A stretch of 64,000 bases of DNA from an uncultured Candidatus Saccharibacteria bacterium (GTDB taxonomy: Bacteria > Patescibacteriota > Saccharimonadia > CAILAD01 > JADZBC01). Location: positions 335,431 to 399,430 of the forward strand of contig CAZRJR010000001.1 of assembly GCA_964600985.1 (NCBI GenBank), written 5' to 3'. This document shows, piece by piece, positions 38,430 through 48,126 of this stretch (position 1 is its first letter; every line of letters begins with the position of its first letter). The translations under genes and the position numbers were made by a program. The notes under the pieces were generated by a model. It ran no database searches. It was not told the DNA's origin and saw nothing but the letters and a program-made list of their open reading frames with translations.

Positions 38430-38514
38430 GCCAGAGTGGTGGAATTGGTATACACGCACGACTCAAAATCGTGTGCCGCAAGGCTTGTGGGTTCGAGTCC
38501 CACCTCTGGCACCA
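38430..38514 (+). tRNA. tRNA-Leu(CAA)
   Basis: GCCAGAG...; anticodon arm cacga-ctCAAaa-tcgtg; long variable arm; GTTCGAGTC; CCA. Confidence 0.95.
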
Positions 38515-38658
38515 TTCTGAACGGCTCCACACCGTTGAGGTGTTCAGAATAGTAATAGCATGAGATGAGAACTGTAGGTTCGATGTAGTAAAGCGCGCAG
38601 CATCATACAAGCTATCCTGTAGTGACCAAGTACTTCACGGAAGTCGAAGAGCGACCGA

Positions 38659-38671
38659 CCCACCTCTGGCA
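38659..38671 (+). repeat. 13-bp duplication of the tRNA-Leu 3' end
   Basis: cccacctctggca is identical to 38499-38511. Confidence 0.7.
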
Positions 38672-38711
38672 ATATAACTATTCTTTCTTCTCATAAGTGC
38701 GGCAGGAATCG

Positions 38712-39599
38712 CTAGTTCATCTCACGCTGGATAGTTTCGCGAATTAAACGGTCTGCTTGAACCGGATCTCGCAACTCCCTCTCGGCCAGCGTAATAGTGT
38801 TAAATAGATAGCCAGCCGTCAAGGCTTTGGGCAACACATCGCTCAGCTCAACCGCAAAGTCAGCCAATAGCCCGCACAATAGACCCATAAACAGCCCCCT
38901 ATATTCATTAATCACCGTAGGCCGAAAGTGGATTATACCTACTTCGCTTGCGTGCGATGTATCGACCACAACCGCCATATCGGCGCCATAGCAAATTACA
39001 TGAGCCCGCAATCGCTTACTCACCGATTGAGCAATATTAATTACGTTATACACACCTCGTCCAGGCCTGATTTTGACCGATAAATCAAGCGCGCCGGCCA
39101 ACTTCATAAGGGCTTCACTACCGAGATACAGAAGTGTGTTAGGTCGCATCCAGCTCACTTGTGGCATAAAATTATAGAGGGCTAGCGCTTCGTCGGTAAC
39201 TACAAGCGGCACCGCAGTAGTTGACCATATCTTCTCAAAAAGTATCTGCATGCTACTGCCAAACTCCACATCGGGCGCCATTACCACAAGGTTCGCATGA
39301 GTTAAAAAGTCGAGAACTTCGCCAGTTTGTTCAATATGCCCAGTTTTGCGGCCAGCGCTCAGTAGCATAGAGCCTAACGGCAGCAAACTCGCGTCCGTAG
39401 CCCTTGCCTCGACCAAGCAGACTGGTGAAACCCCCATAGCCACAGTGGTGCCATACAATTGACTGAGGGTATTGAGGCGTTTTTTGCTGCCACCAAACAG
39501 TGCTAACTGTAAGCGACTCAAACCACTAATCGGCCGATTAAAGACTATGTCAGGATACAGGAGCTCGTCACGCTGATGAATAAGAGCTAGCTCCGCCAC
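38712..39599 (-). CDS. degenerate YjeF-C/carbohydrate-kinase-like protein
   Basis: LYPDI...RP....L.LFGG start and LVVTDEAL resemble the YjeF C-terminal fold; the match is weak. Confidence 0.5.
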   Translation of the reverse strand: MAELALIHQRDELLYPDIVFNRPISGLSRLQLALFGGSKKRLNTLSQLYGTTVAMGVSPVCLVEARATDASLLPLGSMLLSAGRKTGHIEQTGEVLDFLTHANLVVMAPDVEFGSSMQILFEKIWSTTAVPLVVTDEALALYNFMPQVSWMRPNTLLYLGSEALMKLAGALDLSVKIRPGRGVYNVINIAQSVSKRLRAHVICYGADMAVVVDTSHASEVGIIHFRPTVINEYRGLFMGLLCGLLADFAVELSDVLPKALTAGYLFNTITLAERELRDPVQADRLIRETIQREMN

Positions 39600-39611
39600 A
39601 GGTAGTTCCGC

Positions 39612-40016
39612 TTAGGCGTGGGCATACAACCGCGCCAAGTCGGCCGGCAATATACGAGTTAGTTTAACGGCGGTTGGGTAATCGCTAATGGTACGAATAG
39701 CCATAAAGTACGATTCAAAGATTACCTCAGCCTCTTCGGTAGATGTAAGTTGTAAGCGTCGGGCTAGTTGCTGAGTAGCAGGTAAAGCCGTTTGTTTGGC
39801 GCCAGCGCGAGTGCCAATTCGGCTAAAAAACACTTGCTTGTGCGGGCGTAAGTAACCTGGTACGAGGGCAAAAAACTGACTCTCTTGGCTTGGCGTAAGC
39901 ACGCGCTCCAGAACCTCGCTCACAGCTATAACCACACGGCCAGCCTGGTCGTCATTGAGTAAGCCCGCATGCTGCTTTACGAGTGCAGTGAAGTAATCTG
40001 GAATAGTACTTTTCAT
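39612..40016 (-). CDS. DUF2267-like helical protein
   Basis: A.RV..AV..VL...LT...LP..L repeat pattern; leaderless start. Confidence 0.55.
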   Translation of the reverse strand: MKSTIPDYFTALVKQHAGLLNDDQAGRVVIAVSEVLERVLTPSQESQFFALVPGYLRPHKQVFFSRIGTRAGAKQTALPATQQLARRLQLTSTEEAEVIFESYFMAIRTISDYPTAVKLTRILPADLARLYAHA

Positions 40017-40073
40017 GGCACTACTCTACCATATTATAACGAGCATGTCTACCTTGACCCTAGAAACAACCTA

Positions 40074-40319
40074 TTATTCAGACACGACATTGCTCGAAAC
40101 AGCACCAAAATCCTCTTTAAGTTGGCTTACACGGTTTTCGGCTTGCTGCAAATACTGCTTTAATTGGCCCGCCAATGCCGCTCCACGTTCAAACCTTTTA
40201 ATCGCTTCATCCAGGTCGACATCTGAGCGCTCTAAGTATGCTGCAATTTCCTCGAGCTCCTTCATGCTCGCCGAAAAGTCAAAGTTCGAGTCTAGTTTGC
40301 TGGCTGTCTGTGTGGCCAT
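40074..40319 (-). CDS. xseB: exodeoxyribonuclease VII small subunit
   Basis: F...MKELEEI...LE..DVDLDEAIKRFERG..L....L.QAE. Confidence 0.92.
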   Translation of the reverse strand: MATQTASKLDSNFDFSASMKELEEIAAYLERSDVDLDEAIKRFERGAALAGQLKQYLQQAENRVSQLKEDFGAVSSNVVSE

Positions 40320-41475
40320 CGGCTTTCCTCATAGTTACATTTCCTTGATGTAATTGTAGCATAACCAAGCTTTCGGCTGTAATCTCGTTAGCACGCTTTA
40401 CGCTCCGACCATTCACCGTGGCTATGCTGTAGCCACGGCTCAAAATCGCCCTGGGATCTAACCCTGTCAAGTTCCTAGCCTGGTAAGCGAGCTGCTGACT
40501 AGCTCGCTGCAAAATGTCATCAATTCTATAGTACACACGGTTCGTGTTGTACTCCAGCCGGTCTCCAAGGCCATGGTACAACCGTAAGAAGCTTTGATTA
40601 ACCCGCTCGATCACACGATCACACTGCTCGATATTACGCTGCACTAACCTACCCATAGTCTCTACTCTACCATCTAGCTGCGCTATTACCTCCATCTTAT
40701 CGGCAGTAATGCGCCGGGCCGCATCGGTTGGTGTAGCCGCTCGCACGTCGGCTGCGAGCTCGGCTAAGCTCACGTCATCCTCGTGGCCAATACCAACTAC
40801 GGTAGGTAGCTTTGCGCCATACACGGCCCGCACCACATCTTCATGGCTAAACGCCTGCAAATCCTCCGCACTACCACCGCCGCGGATAATCACAAGTATA
40901 TCGTAGCCCTTAGCTCGCGCGTTAAAATATTCTATGGCTCGCACAACTTGCCGTGGTGCGTCCGTCCCTTGCACCTGCACTTGAGCCTGATCAATTTCTA
41001 ATCCTGCCCAGCGATCGTTCACAATCGTAACGAAGTCATTATACGCTGCAGCCTGCTGAGAGGTTATGAGAGCAATACGGCGAGCATACTGCGGCAAAGC
41101 ACGTTTGCGCTCAAGTGCAAACAGTCCTTCCGCCTCAAACTTAGCCTTAAGAAGCTCAAAAGCTTTTTTGACTGCCCCCTCGCCAGCAAGCTCCACAGAC
41201 TTAACCGTTAAACTAAACTTACCCCACTTTGTTAAGTTAGGTGTAGAACTTGCCCTAATCTTCATGCCATCGGCCAAAGCTACCTTGAGCTGGAATATTG
41301 GCATAAAGCAGCTAATAGTTGACTCTTCGTCTTTAAGGTCAAAGAACACCCATTTGCCCTGATTTACCTTATAGCTACTTACCTCGCCCTCCACCGTCAC
41401 GAGCGGATAGGCAAATTGGAGCGTTTGGTTTACGAAGGCGTTCAGCTCCGAGACACTTAATACCTCATGCTCCAT
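40279..41475 (-). CDS. xseA: exodeoxyribonuclease VII large subunit
   Basis: SVSELN, VEGEVS, RGGGSAEDL, GIGHEDD, TPTDAA, L.RGYS. Confidence 0.94.
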   Translation of the reverse strand: MEHEVLSVSELNAFVNQTLQFAYPLVTVEGEVSSYKVNQGKWVFFDLKDEESTISCFMPIFQLKVALADGMKIRASSTPNLTKWGKFSLTVKSVELAGEGAVKKAFELLKAKFEAEGLFALERKRALPQYARRIALITSQQAAAYNDFVTIVNDRWAGLEIDQAQVQVQGTDAPRQVVRAIEYFNARAKGYDILVIIRGGGSAEDLQAFSHEDVVRAVYGAKLPTVVGIGHEDDVSLAELAADVRAATPTDAARRITADKMEVIAQLDGRVETMGRLVQRNIEQCDRVIERVNQSFLRLYHGLGDRLEYNTNRVYYRIDDILQRASQQLAYQARNLTGLDPRAILSRGYSIATVNGRSVKRANEITAESLVMLQLHQGNVTMRKADGHTDSQQTRLEL

Positions 41476-42463
41476 CGATTGTCTCTCGTTTATAGAACCA
41501 TAATCCGACCGGTAGGAACAGCCAGAAAGCTATAGTGCGATACACCAGCACCACCGAAAAACTCAAGCCAAAAGGCTGACCAAGCGCCACAAAGGTACCC
41601 ACCATAGTGGCCTCGTATACCCCCACCCCAGCAGTAAAAAACGCGGCGGTTGAAAACAACAATGCCAAGCAGTACCCAGCTATAACCACACCTGGGTTAA
41701 TAACCGCACCAAAGGCCAAGAACACAATGTAAACCGACAGTACCTCGAGCAAGAGCCCAGCCATTACCCATCCCACTGGCCGACGCACCCTGCCGTGATT
41801 ATGACGCATAGTATGGATAGCGCCATAAAAGTCATCCAAAAAAACCTTTATGCGCTCTCGACTTAGGGCATTACGCTTTATATAATGCAGCACAAAGTTA
41901 ATCGGCCTAGTCGACCAATACAGCACCGCCTCGGTCGTGGAACGTTGGAACACCACCACTGTGCTCACCAAGCCTACTGCTAATACACCAAGTATAAACA
42001 TTAGAATTACTTTAAAACCCACGTGCGCTGTGTTGTTGGTAAAGAATAAACTAATGAACGCCACGACGAGCAAGCCAAAGTAGCCCGCCAGGGTAAACAC
42101 CTGCCAAAACACCTGTGCGATTGCTGTGGTGTGTGTATCTACCTTGGGCTTCAGTGCTCTGGCTATATATGACACGCCCGATATGCCGCCGGTCGGGAAT
42201 ACGGTATTCACGAAGTTCATAGTTACTACACTACGAAACAGCTTTCTGTGCTCTACCTTGTGACCAAACAGGTCCAAGAAACTTACAAAATAACGGGTGT
42301 TGCTGTAGTAACTTAGGTAGCGGATTGGGAGAATGAACAAAAGTATCCACAGATTTAGTTGGTCGAGAAGGTCGACAAATTCACCAAATCTACCCAGGTT
42401 TCTCATAACAAATATACCCAAGACAGCCAGGGCGACAAAGAACAAGACATGTCGTAGTTTCAT
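41465..42463 (-). CDS. lysylphosphatidylglycerol-synthase TM (UPF0104) family membrane protein
   Basis: Multi-TM; N..FPTGG.SG, GVGVYE, VLVYR...FWL.LP.G. Confidence 0.8.
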   Translation of the reverse strand: MKLRHVLFFVALAVLGIFVMRNLGRFGEFVDLLDQLNLWILLFILPIRYLSYYSNTRYFVSFLDLFGHKVEHRKLFRSVVTMNFVNTVFPTGGISGVSYIARALKPKVDTHTTAIAQVFWQVFTLAGYFGLLVVAFISLFFTNNTAHVGFKVILMFILGVLAVGLVSTVVVFQRSTTEAVLYWSTRPINFVLHYIKRNALSRERIKVFLDDFYGAIHTMRHNHGRVRRPVGWVMAGLLLEVLSVYIVFLAFGAVINPGVVIAGYCLALLFSTAAFFTAGVGVYEATMVGTFVALGQPFGLSFSVVLVYRTIAFWLFLPVGLWFYKRETIDGA

Positions 42464-42536
42464 AGTGCTTATTGTACTCTACCGAGTGCCTTCTGGCGAG
42501 GCAGTACGGTGCACTAAAGTAAGGTATAATGACGTC

Positions 42537-43688
42537 ATGAACACCCTCGCCATCCTCGGCCGTGAAACCAAACTTTGCCAGGCCGAATTGAGTAGTCTCT
42601 ACCCCCACGTACAGCACTTTGGACCTGTTAGTGTTATAGATTCCCCGCAACAGCCAAGCATAGGCCGTCTGGGTGGAACTACCAAACTAGCTGCCGTGAT
42701 CACAAATCTACCCACAAACACAAGCCCAGCAAACTTGGTCGATGCTATATTTCACTACCTTGTACAAACAGCCGGTGATGGCAAGCTCCATTTTGGGCTA
42801 AGCGTGTATAGCCAGGGCCATTCGCGTTCGACGCGCGCCGAGGTGCACAAGCTCGGGTTAGAGATCAAAAAAGCCCTCCGTGCCCACGGTAAATCAGTGC
42901 GGTTTGTGGAGGGCAAATCGGGCAATGAGCTCGGTGCCGCGCAACTTAAGTATAATCAACTCACTACCAAGGGTTTTGAAATCATTGTAGTCCACACTCT
43001 TAATGGTATTCTTCTCGCCCGCACTTACGCCTACCAGGACATCGATAGCTACAGTAAGCGCGACTGGGACCGCCCGGTCCGCGACAGCAAAGTCGGCATG
43101 CTACCACCTAAGCTCGCTCAAATCATGATCAATCTTGCCAACCCAGCCAAGGATTCAACGGTGTACGACCCATTCTGCGGTAATGGCGTGATCCTGCAAG
43201 AAGCTCTGCTGATGGGATTTAATGTGCTCGGCAGTGACCTGAGCGACGCTATGGTTAGAGCTAGCACGCAAAATACTAATTGGTTGAGAGACCATTACGA
43301 CATCACAGGCACCAGTAGGGTTTGGGCAGCCGACGCTACCAAACTCACCGAGCTACCAGATAATAGTGTAATTGTGACTGAAGGCTACTTAGGGACGCCG
43401 ATTCATGGCCCCTTGCGAGCGTCGCAGCAAAACTCAGTTATCGATCCCGTGAACACCCTCTACACTCAGCTCCTAAGTAACTTACGTCCACTCCTTGCCC
43501 CTGGTGCCCGATTGGTCATAAGCTTCCCTTGCTGGAGTACACCGGACGGACTTTTACACTTACCAGTTATTGACCAGATTGCTGATTTAGGGTATACTAC
43601 TCATCAGTGTAGCGGCAGCAGCACCTTGGTGTACCGCAGAGACAACCAGTTTGTCGGCCGCGAAATAGCAGTATTAATAGCCTCTTAA
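42537..43688 (+). CDS. Trm11/UPF0020-like SAM-dependent RNA methyltransferase
   Basis: [34 protein letters not shown]+6 nt+ATG 42537. Confidence 0.85.
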   Translation: MNTLAILGRETKLCQAELSSLYPHVQHFGPVSVIDSPQQPSIGRLGGTTKLAAVITNLPTNTSPANLVDAIFHYLVQTAGDGKLHFGLSVYSQGHSRSTRAEVHKLGLEIKKALRAHGKSVRFVEGKSGNELGAAQLKYNQLTTKGFEIIVVHTLNGILLARTYAYQDIDSYSKRDWDRPVRDSKVGMLPPKLAQIMINLANPAKDSTVYDPFCGNGVILQEALLMGFNVLGSDLSDAMVRASTQNTNWLRDHYDITGTSRVWAADATKLTELPDNSVIVTEGYLGTPIHGPLRASQQNSVIDPVNTLYTQLLSNLRPLLAPGARLVISFPCWSTPDGLLHLPVIDQIADLGYTTHQCSGSSTLVYRRDNQFVGREIAVLIAS

Positions 43689-43698
43689 AGGACAAGAT

Positions 43699-43977
43699 AT
43701 GTCAAAGACGAAAGCCGGTGGTTCCACAAGAAACGGCCGCGATTCCCAATCTAAACGACTCGGTGTAAAGCTTTTTGGTGGCCAAGAAGTTAAAGCCGGC
43801 AACATAATTATTCGCCAACGTGGTACTAAATACGGTGCAGGTGAAAACGTACGTCTTGGCAAGGATTATACTATTTTTGCAACCGCAGCTGGCAATGTAG
43901 AATTCACCCAAGAACGCAAAACCCTCTTTAGTGGTCGTGCCAAGCGCAAAACAATTGTGCACGTAAAAGCAAGCTAA
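43699..43977 (+). CDS. rpmA: 50S ribosomal protein L27
   Basis: [29 protein letters not shown]. Confidence 0.97.
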   Translation: MSKTKAGGSTRNGRDSQSKRLGVKLFGGQEVKAGNIIIRQRGTKYGAGENVRLGKDYTIFATAAGNVEFTQERKTLFSGRAKRKTIVHVKAS

Positions 43978-43994
43978 GAACACAACCAATCACG

Positions 43995-44032
43995 TATACA
44001 CTAAAGGGCCTTTCGGGGTCCTTTAGTGTATA
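43995..44032 (+). terminator. hairpin after rpmA
   Basis: tatacactaaagggcc-tttcgg-ggtcctttagtgtata. Confidence 0.6.
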
Positions 44033-44040
44033 GTATTGCT

Positions 44041-44535
44041 ATGGATGATGTTTATATTGCAAAAGGCAAGCTTGCCGGCAAAGGGGTCTACGCGGCTCGC
44101 GACTTTGAGTCAGGCGAAATCGTAAAGTACTACAACTTACGGCCCCTCACTCAAGCTGAATTTGATCAACTACCTACAGAAGAACACATGTTCGTGCACT
44201 CGTTCTTCGGCAAGATGTACTTATTTCCTGAGCCCTCCCGATATACAAACCACTCACCAACTCCAAACACACGTGCTGACTTAGAGAGGATGTGTGACAT
44301 TGCAATTCTACCAATTAAGCGTGGTGAAATGATCACGACTAATGCAACTAAAGAAGTAGAGAACGAGCTTAGAACATTTATAGAAGCACTCGAACATCAA
44401 AAGGTTTTAAACTTCCAGCGTATTAATGGTGGCTACCGTAATGCTACCTGCAGCTATTCAGTAGAGCGAGATAACGAAAAACTTGAAAAGACTGTAAAAC
44501 TCAAACGTATTCGTGGGAACTGGCACATAGTCTAA
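44041..44535 (+). CDS. SET-domain protein
   Basis: GKGVYAARDF..GE, RYTNHS..PN, A...IKRGE.IT. Confidence 0.85.
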   Translation: MDDVYIAKGKLAGKGVYAARDFESGEIVKYYNLRPLTQAEFDQLPTEEHMFVHSFFGKMYLFPEPSRYTNHSPTPNTRADLERMCDIAILPIKRGEMITTNATKEVENELRTFIEALEHQKVLNFQRINGGYRNATCSYSVERDNEKLEKTVKLKRIRGNWHIV

Positions 44536-44544
44536 TTCGTAGGT

Positions 44545-46191
44545 CTACACTCTCTGCGAAAGAGGTTTGTTGCCCATATCGGCCACGCTATTAGCCCTCT
44601 GCCTGTTGGCAGCTGCCACAAAGTCCCTAAACAGCGGGTGGGGCTTATCTGGTCGAGACTTAAACTCTGGGTGCGCCTGAGAGGCCACAAAGAACGGGTG
44701 ATTCTTGAGCTCAATTATCTCTACCAAATTCCTATCGGGCGATTCACCGGCAATTACCAAGCCAGCTGCCTCGAGTTGTTCACGGTAAGCATTATTGAAC
44801 TCATAGCGGTGGCGGTGGCGTTCATGAACCTCGTCTGTACCATAGGCAAGATAACTACGAGAATTCTTATTAAGCACCGTTTTGTAGTTACCCAATCGCA
44901 TAGTCCCACCCAGACTCACCCCCACCTGGTCTTCCATGATGTGAATTACCGGGTGCTCTATATCCTCGACCATCTCGGTACTGTGCGCCTGTTTGGTCGC
45001 CAGTACATGGCGGGCAAAGTCAATGACCGCCGCTTGCATACCCAAACATAGGCCAAGGTAAGGCACGTTGTTCTCTCTCGCATAGCCCGCCGCCAGTATC
45101 TTGCCCTCGATGCCGCGATTACCAAATCCACCAGGCACTAGTATGCCATCGACGCTCCTAAGCGGCTTTTGGTCAACCTCGAGCTCTTCTGCATTAATCC
45201 ATTCAATGTTAACCCGCAAACCATGATGCCAGCCAGCAGCTTTGAGTGCCTCGAATACACTGGCATAGGTATCTAAGTTACTCAAATATTTCGCAACCAC
45301 ACCAATCGTAACTTCGTCCTGGGTATTCTTAATGCGATTCACCATGGCCCGCCACGAAGCTAAATCTGCCTTTCGTTTGGGCAAGCCAAGCTGAGCCACT
45401 ATGTAGTCCCCTATGCCGCTGTCCTCCATAGTAAGCGGCACATCATATACGGTCTTGGCAGTTGGTAGCGCTACAATCGCCTCGGGGGCGACGTCGCAAT
45501 ACAAGCTAAGCTTTTCGATTCCCTCTTGGCTGAGCTCGTGATCACTACGCACACACAATACATCGGCCATAATGCCCAGGCTACGAAGCTCGCGTACGCT
45601 GTTCTGAGCCGGTTTGGTCTTAAGCTCGTTAGACGCCACTAAGTACGGTGCAAACACCACATGTACATACAGGGTGTTTTCTGCCCCCACTCTACGCTTA
45701 AACTGTCGAATCGCCTCTACGAACGCCATCGCCTCATAGTCGCCAATGCTGCCGCCGATTTCTACAAAGTGAATGTCACTTCCTTCGCCCGCTGCTTCTA
45801 TCTGGGCTTGGATCTCACCTGTTACGTGTGGAATCATCTGAACTGTTTTACCCAAGAACTTACCGGCTCGCTCGTCGGCAAACACCTTACTAAACACCGC
45901 CCCACTTATAGTGGAGCTCTTGCGGCTCATTTCTATATCGGTAAAGCGCTCGTAGTGGCCTAAGTCTAAATCGGTCTCTGCCCCATCGGCAGTTACGAAC
46001 ACCTCGCCATGCTCGGCTGGATTTAATGTGCCAGCATCTACGTTTAGATACTGGTCACACTTTTGCATCGAAACTAAAAAACCTCGGGCCTTTAAGATCT
46101 TGGCCAGCGAGGCTGCGGTGATTCCTTTTCCGAGGCCAGATACGACCCCTCCGGAAACAAAGATATACTTTGTTTGTTTTGGTTTTTCCAT
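44545..46191 (-). CDS. pyrG: CTP synthase
   Basis: GGVVSGLGKG, HGEVFV, KTKP.Q, GLCLGMQ, RHRHRYE, HPEF. Confidence 0.97.
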   Translation of the reverse strand: MEKPKQTKYIFVSGGVVSGLGKGITAASLAKILKARGFLVSMQKCDQYLNVDAGTLNPAEHGEVFVTADGAETDLDLGHYERFTDIEMSRKSSTISGAVFSKVFADERAGKFLGKTVQMIPHVTGEIQAQIEAAGEGSDIHFVEIGGSIGDYEAMAFVEAIRQFKRRVGAENTLYVHVVFAPYLVASNELKTKPAQNSVRELRSLGIMADVLCVRSDHELSQEGIEKLSLYCDVAPEAIVALPTAKTVYDVPLTMEDSGIGDYIVAQLGLPKRKADLASWRAMVNRIKNTQDEVTIGVVAKYLSNLDTYASVFEALKAAGWHHGLRVNIEWINAEELEVDQKPLRSVDGILVPGGFGNRGIEGKILAAGYARENNVPYLGLCLGMQAAVIDFARHVLATKQAHSTEMVEDIEHPVIHIMEDQVGVSLGGTMRLGNYKTVLNKNSRSYLAYGTDEVHERHRHRYEFNNAYREQLEAAGLVIAGESPDRNLVEIIELKNHPFFVASQAHPEFKSRPDKPHPLFRDFVAAANRQRANSVADMGNKPLSQRV

Positions 46192-46363
46192 TTACTCCCC
46201 TCCCTCTTGATCTAGCATAGCCCTTATACACACGGAGGGTCAAGAGTTTTTTGGCATTTCGGGGCAAAAAGTCTTGCCGCTACAGCTCCTTGCTATTCAA
46301 CTCTTCTTTTGTGCAATTGGTATTCCCACCCCTTCTTCCATCATTCCGGCGCCTTTGTTCCCC

Positions 46364-46389
46364 TCATTCCGGCGTAAGCCGGAATCCAG
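46364..46389 (+). repeat. REP-like palindrome left of GIY-YIG gene
   Basis: tcattccggc-gtaa-gccggaatccag; partial copy at 46341-46350. Confidence 0.75.
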
Positions 46390-46403
46390 TATAATACGCT
46401 ATC

Positions 46404-46691
46404 ATGAAGTCAGCTTACGTCTACATCCTAGCAAGTGGTCGTAATGGTACGCTCTATACTGGTGTTACAAGCGACATTATTAAGCGCGTATATGAGCACA
46501 AACAGCACTTAGTTGATGGCTTTACTAAGAGATATGACGTAACCAACCTAGTTTGGTTCGAGCGATACGATAATATGACCGACGCTATATCTCGTGAAAA
46601 ACAAATGAAAGAATGGAAACGTAATTGGAAGCTAGCAACTATTGAGGCTGTGAATCCAAGCTGGGAGGATCTCTATACGAGCCTCCTTTAG
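46404..46691 (+). CDS. stand-alone GIY-YIG nuclease
   Basis: YVYILAS..NGTLYTGVTSD..KRVYEHK...FT.RY.V..LVWFE...AI.REKQ.K.W.R.WK. Confidence 0.92.
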   Translation: MKSAYVYILASGRNGTLYTGVTSDIIKRVYEHKQHLVDGFTKRYDVTNLVWFERYDNMTDAISREKQMKEWKRNWKLATIEAVNPSWEDLYTSLL

Positions 46692-46692
46692 C

Positions 46693-46720
46693 CTGGATCC
46701 CGGCTTTCGCCGGGATGACG
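46693..46720 (-). repeat. REP-like palindrome right of GIY-YIG gene (inverted copy)
   Basis: Reverse complement cgtcatcccggc-gaaa-gccgggatccag matches the left copy; related GGATGACG-ended unit at 46748-46776. Confidence 0.75.
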
Positions 46721-46911
46721 ATGGAGTGTCGAAACGAGAAAAGGAAGCAGATCCTTCGACTATGCTCAGGATGACGTATTATGCGAGCTCTAGGTTGTGG
46801 GAAGGTGGGGGATACCAATCGAATTCTACCTGACGTATATCGAGGCCGGGATGGCGGAAGAGGACCAGGATCCTCGAATAGCGCGGGAGCGGCAGGAGAG
46901 CAGTGGCGGGA

Positions 46912-48111
46912 CTACATCTTGCCTTTAAGAACTTCGAGGGCCTTGATGTATTGTGGGTCACGACTCGCGTTGTAGTCGTCGGTCGTAAGCTTTACCTCTA
47001 CATCTGGCTTTATACCCGCTTTACCTATATTAATGCCTTTGGGTGTGTACCAATGCGCCACGGTCACTTTTAGTTGGGCGCCGTCTTTTAAATCAATCAC
47101 CTGCTGCACACTACCCTTGCCAAAGGTCTTTTCACCCACGAGTGTAGCGCGGCCAGCGTCGTGCAATGCACCTGCCGTTATTTCTGATGCCGAAGCACTC
47201 CCACCATTCGTGAGTACCACCACCGGGGTATCAGTAAACTTACCACCTGGCACCGCTGTGAGTTTGCGATTCTCGTTATGCTTGCTGCGCTCCTCTACGA
47301 CCGTGCCAGAACTAACAAATTGACTACTTACCCCAACTGCCGACTCTAAGTAACCACCAGGGTTGTCACGCACATCGAGCACTATACCTTTTACACCAGC
47401 GGCTTGGAACTGGACAGCAGCAGCTGCTACAAGATCGTTGGTGTCTTCGGCAAAGCGGCGTATACGAATGTAGCCCACATTGCCATCGCGCACCTCGGTA
47501 GTTACACTCGCTACAGTAATGTTGTCACGGGTAATTTCAACTTCACGCGGCGCTTCATTGCCGCGCACAAGTGTTAGCTTCACTTTAGTGTCCTTAGCTC
47601 CGCGGATTTTATTAACAGCTTCGTCGAGCGTAAGGGTAGAACTGTCTACCCCATCGACTTCGGCTATGATGTCTCCACTACGCAATCCAGCTTTTGCCGC
47701 TGGCGTACCGTCGATTGGTGCAATTACCGTGAGCTTGCCGTTCTTTACACCTACCTCTACGCCAATGCCACTCAGCTGGCCATTCAAGTCGTCACTCAAA
47801 GCTTTGCTTTGGGCAGCCGTGAGGTACGTAGTGTACGGGTCACCTAGAGCAGCTACCATGCCCTGGGTAGCACCTTCGCTCTGCTTTTGCGTATCTATAT
47901 TGCCATCAAATTTTGCCTTCAGCAGCGATGAAACTTTGTTAAAAGTGCTTAAGTCAATGGAGCTACTGGCAGTACTCCGCGGCGCACCCAAGTAGGCCCT
48001 TACCCCCAGTGCGTTAAAGCCAAATCCCAGCACAAAACAAGCAATTCCAACCAAAATTAACTTTTTGGAAGTGCGCTGAGGAGAGGATTCTTGTGGCGTG
48101 TCAGACTTCAT
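46912..48111 (-). CDS. S41 family C-terminal processing protease (PDZ + peptidase)
   Basis: DPYT.Y, GIGV PDZ, DVRDNPGG, SASASEI, GKGSVQ. Confidence 0.92.
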   Translation of the reverse strand: MKSDTPQESSPQRTSKKLILVGIACFVLGFGFNALGVRAYLGAPRSTASSSIDLSTFNKVSSLLKAKFDGNIDTQKQSEGATQGMVAALGDPYTTYLTAAQSKALSDDLNGQLSGIGVEVGVKNGKLTVIAPIDGTPAAKAGLRSGDIIAEVDGVDSSTLTLDEAVNKIRGAKDTKVKLTLVRGNEAPREVEITRDNITVASVTTEVRDGNVGYIRIRRFAEDTNDLVAAAAVQFQAAGVKGIVLDVRDNPGGYLESAVGVSSQFVSSGTVVEERSKHNENRKLTAVPGGKFTDTPVVVLTNGGSASASEITAGALHDAGRATLVGEKTFGKGSVQQVIDLKDGAQLKVTVAHWYTPKGINIGKAGIKPDVEVKLTTDDYNASRDPQYIKALEVLKGKM

Positions 48112-48126
48112 AGGTGATTACGTGGA

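Noticed and set aside
42333-42536. N-terminal extension of the methyltransferase ORF
   Set aside because: It overlaps the divergent membrane-protein gene. TATAAT+6 nt+ATG at 42537 gives a better start.
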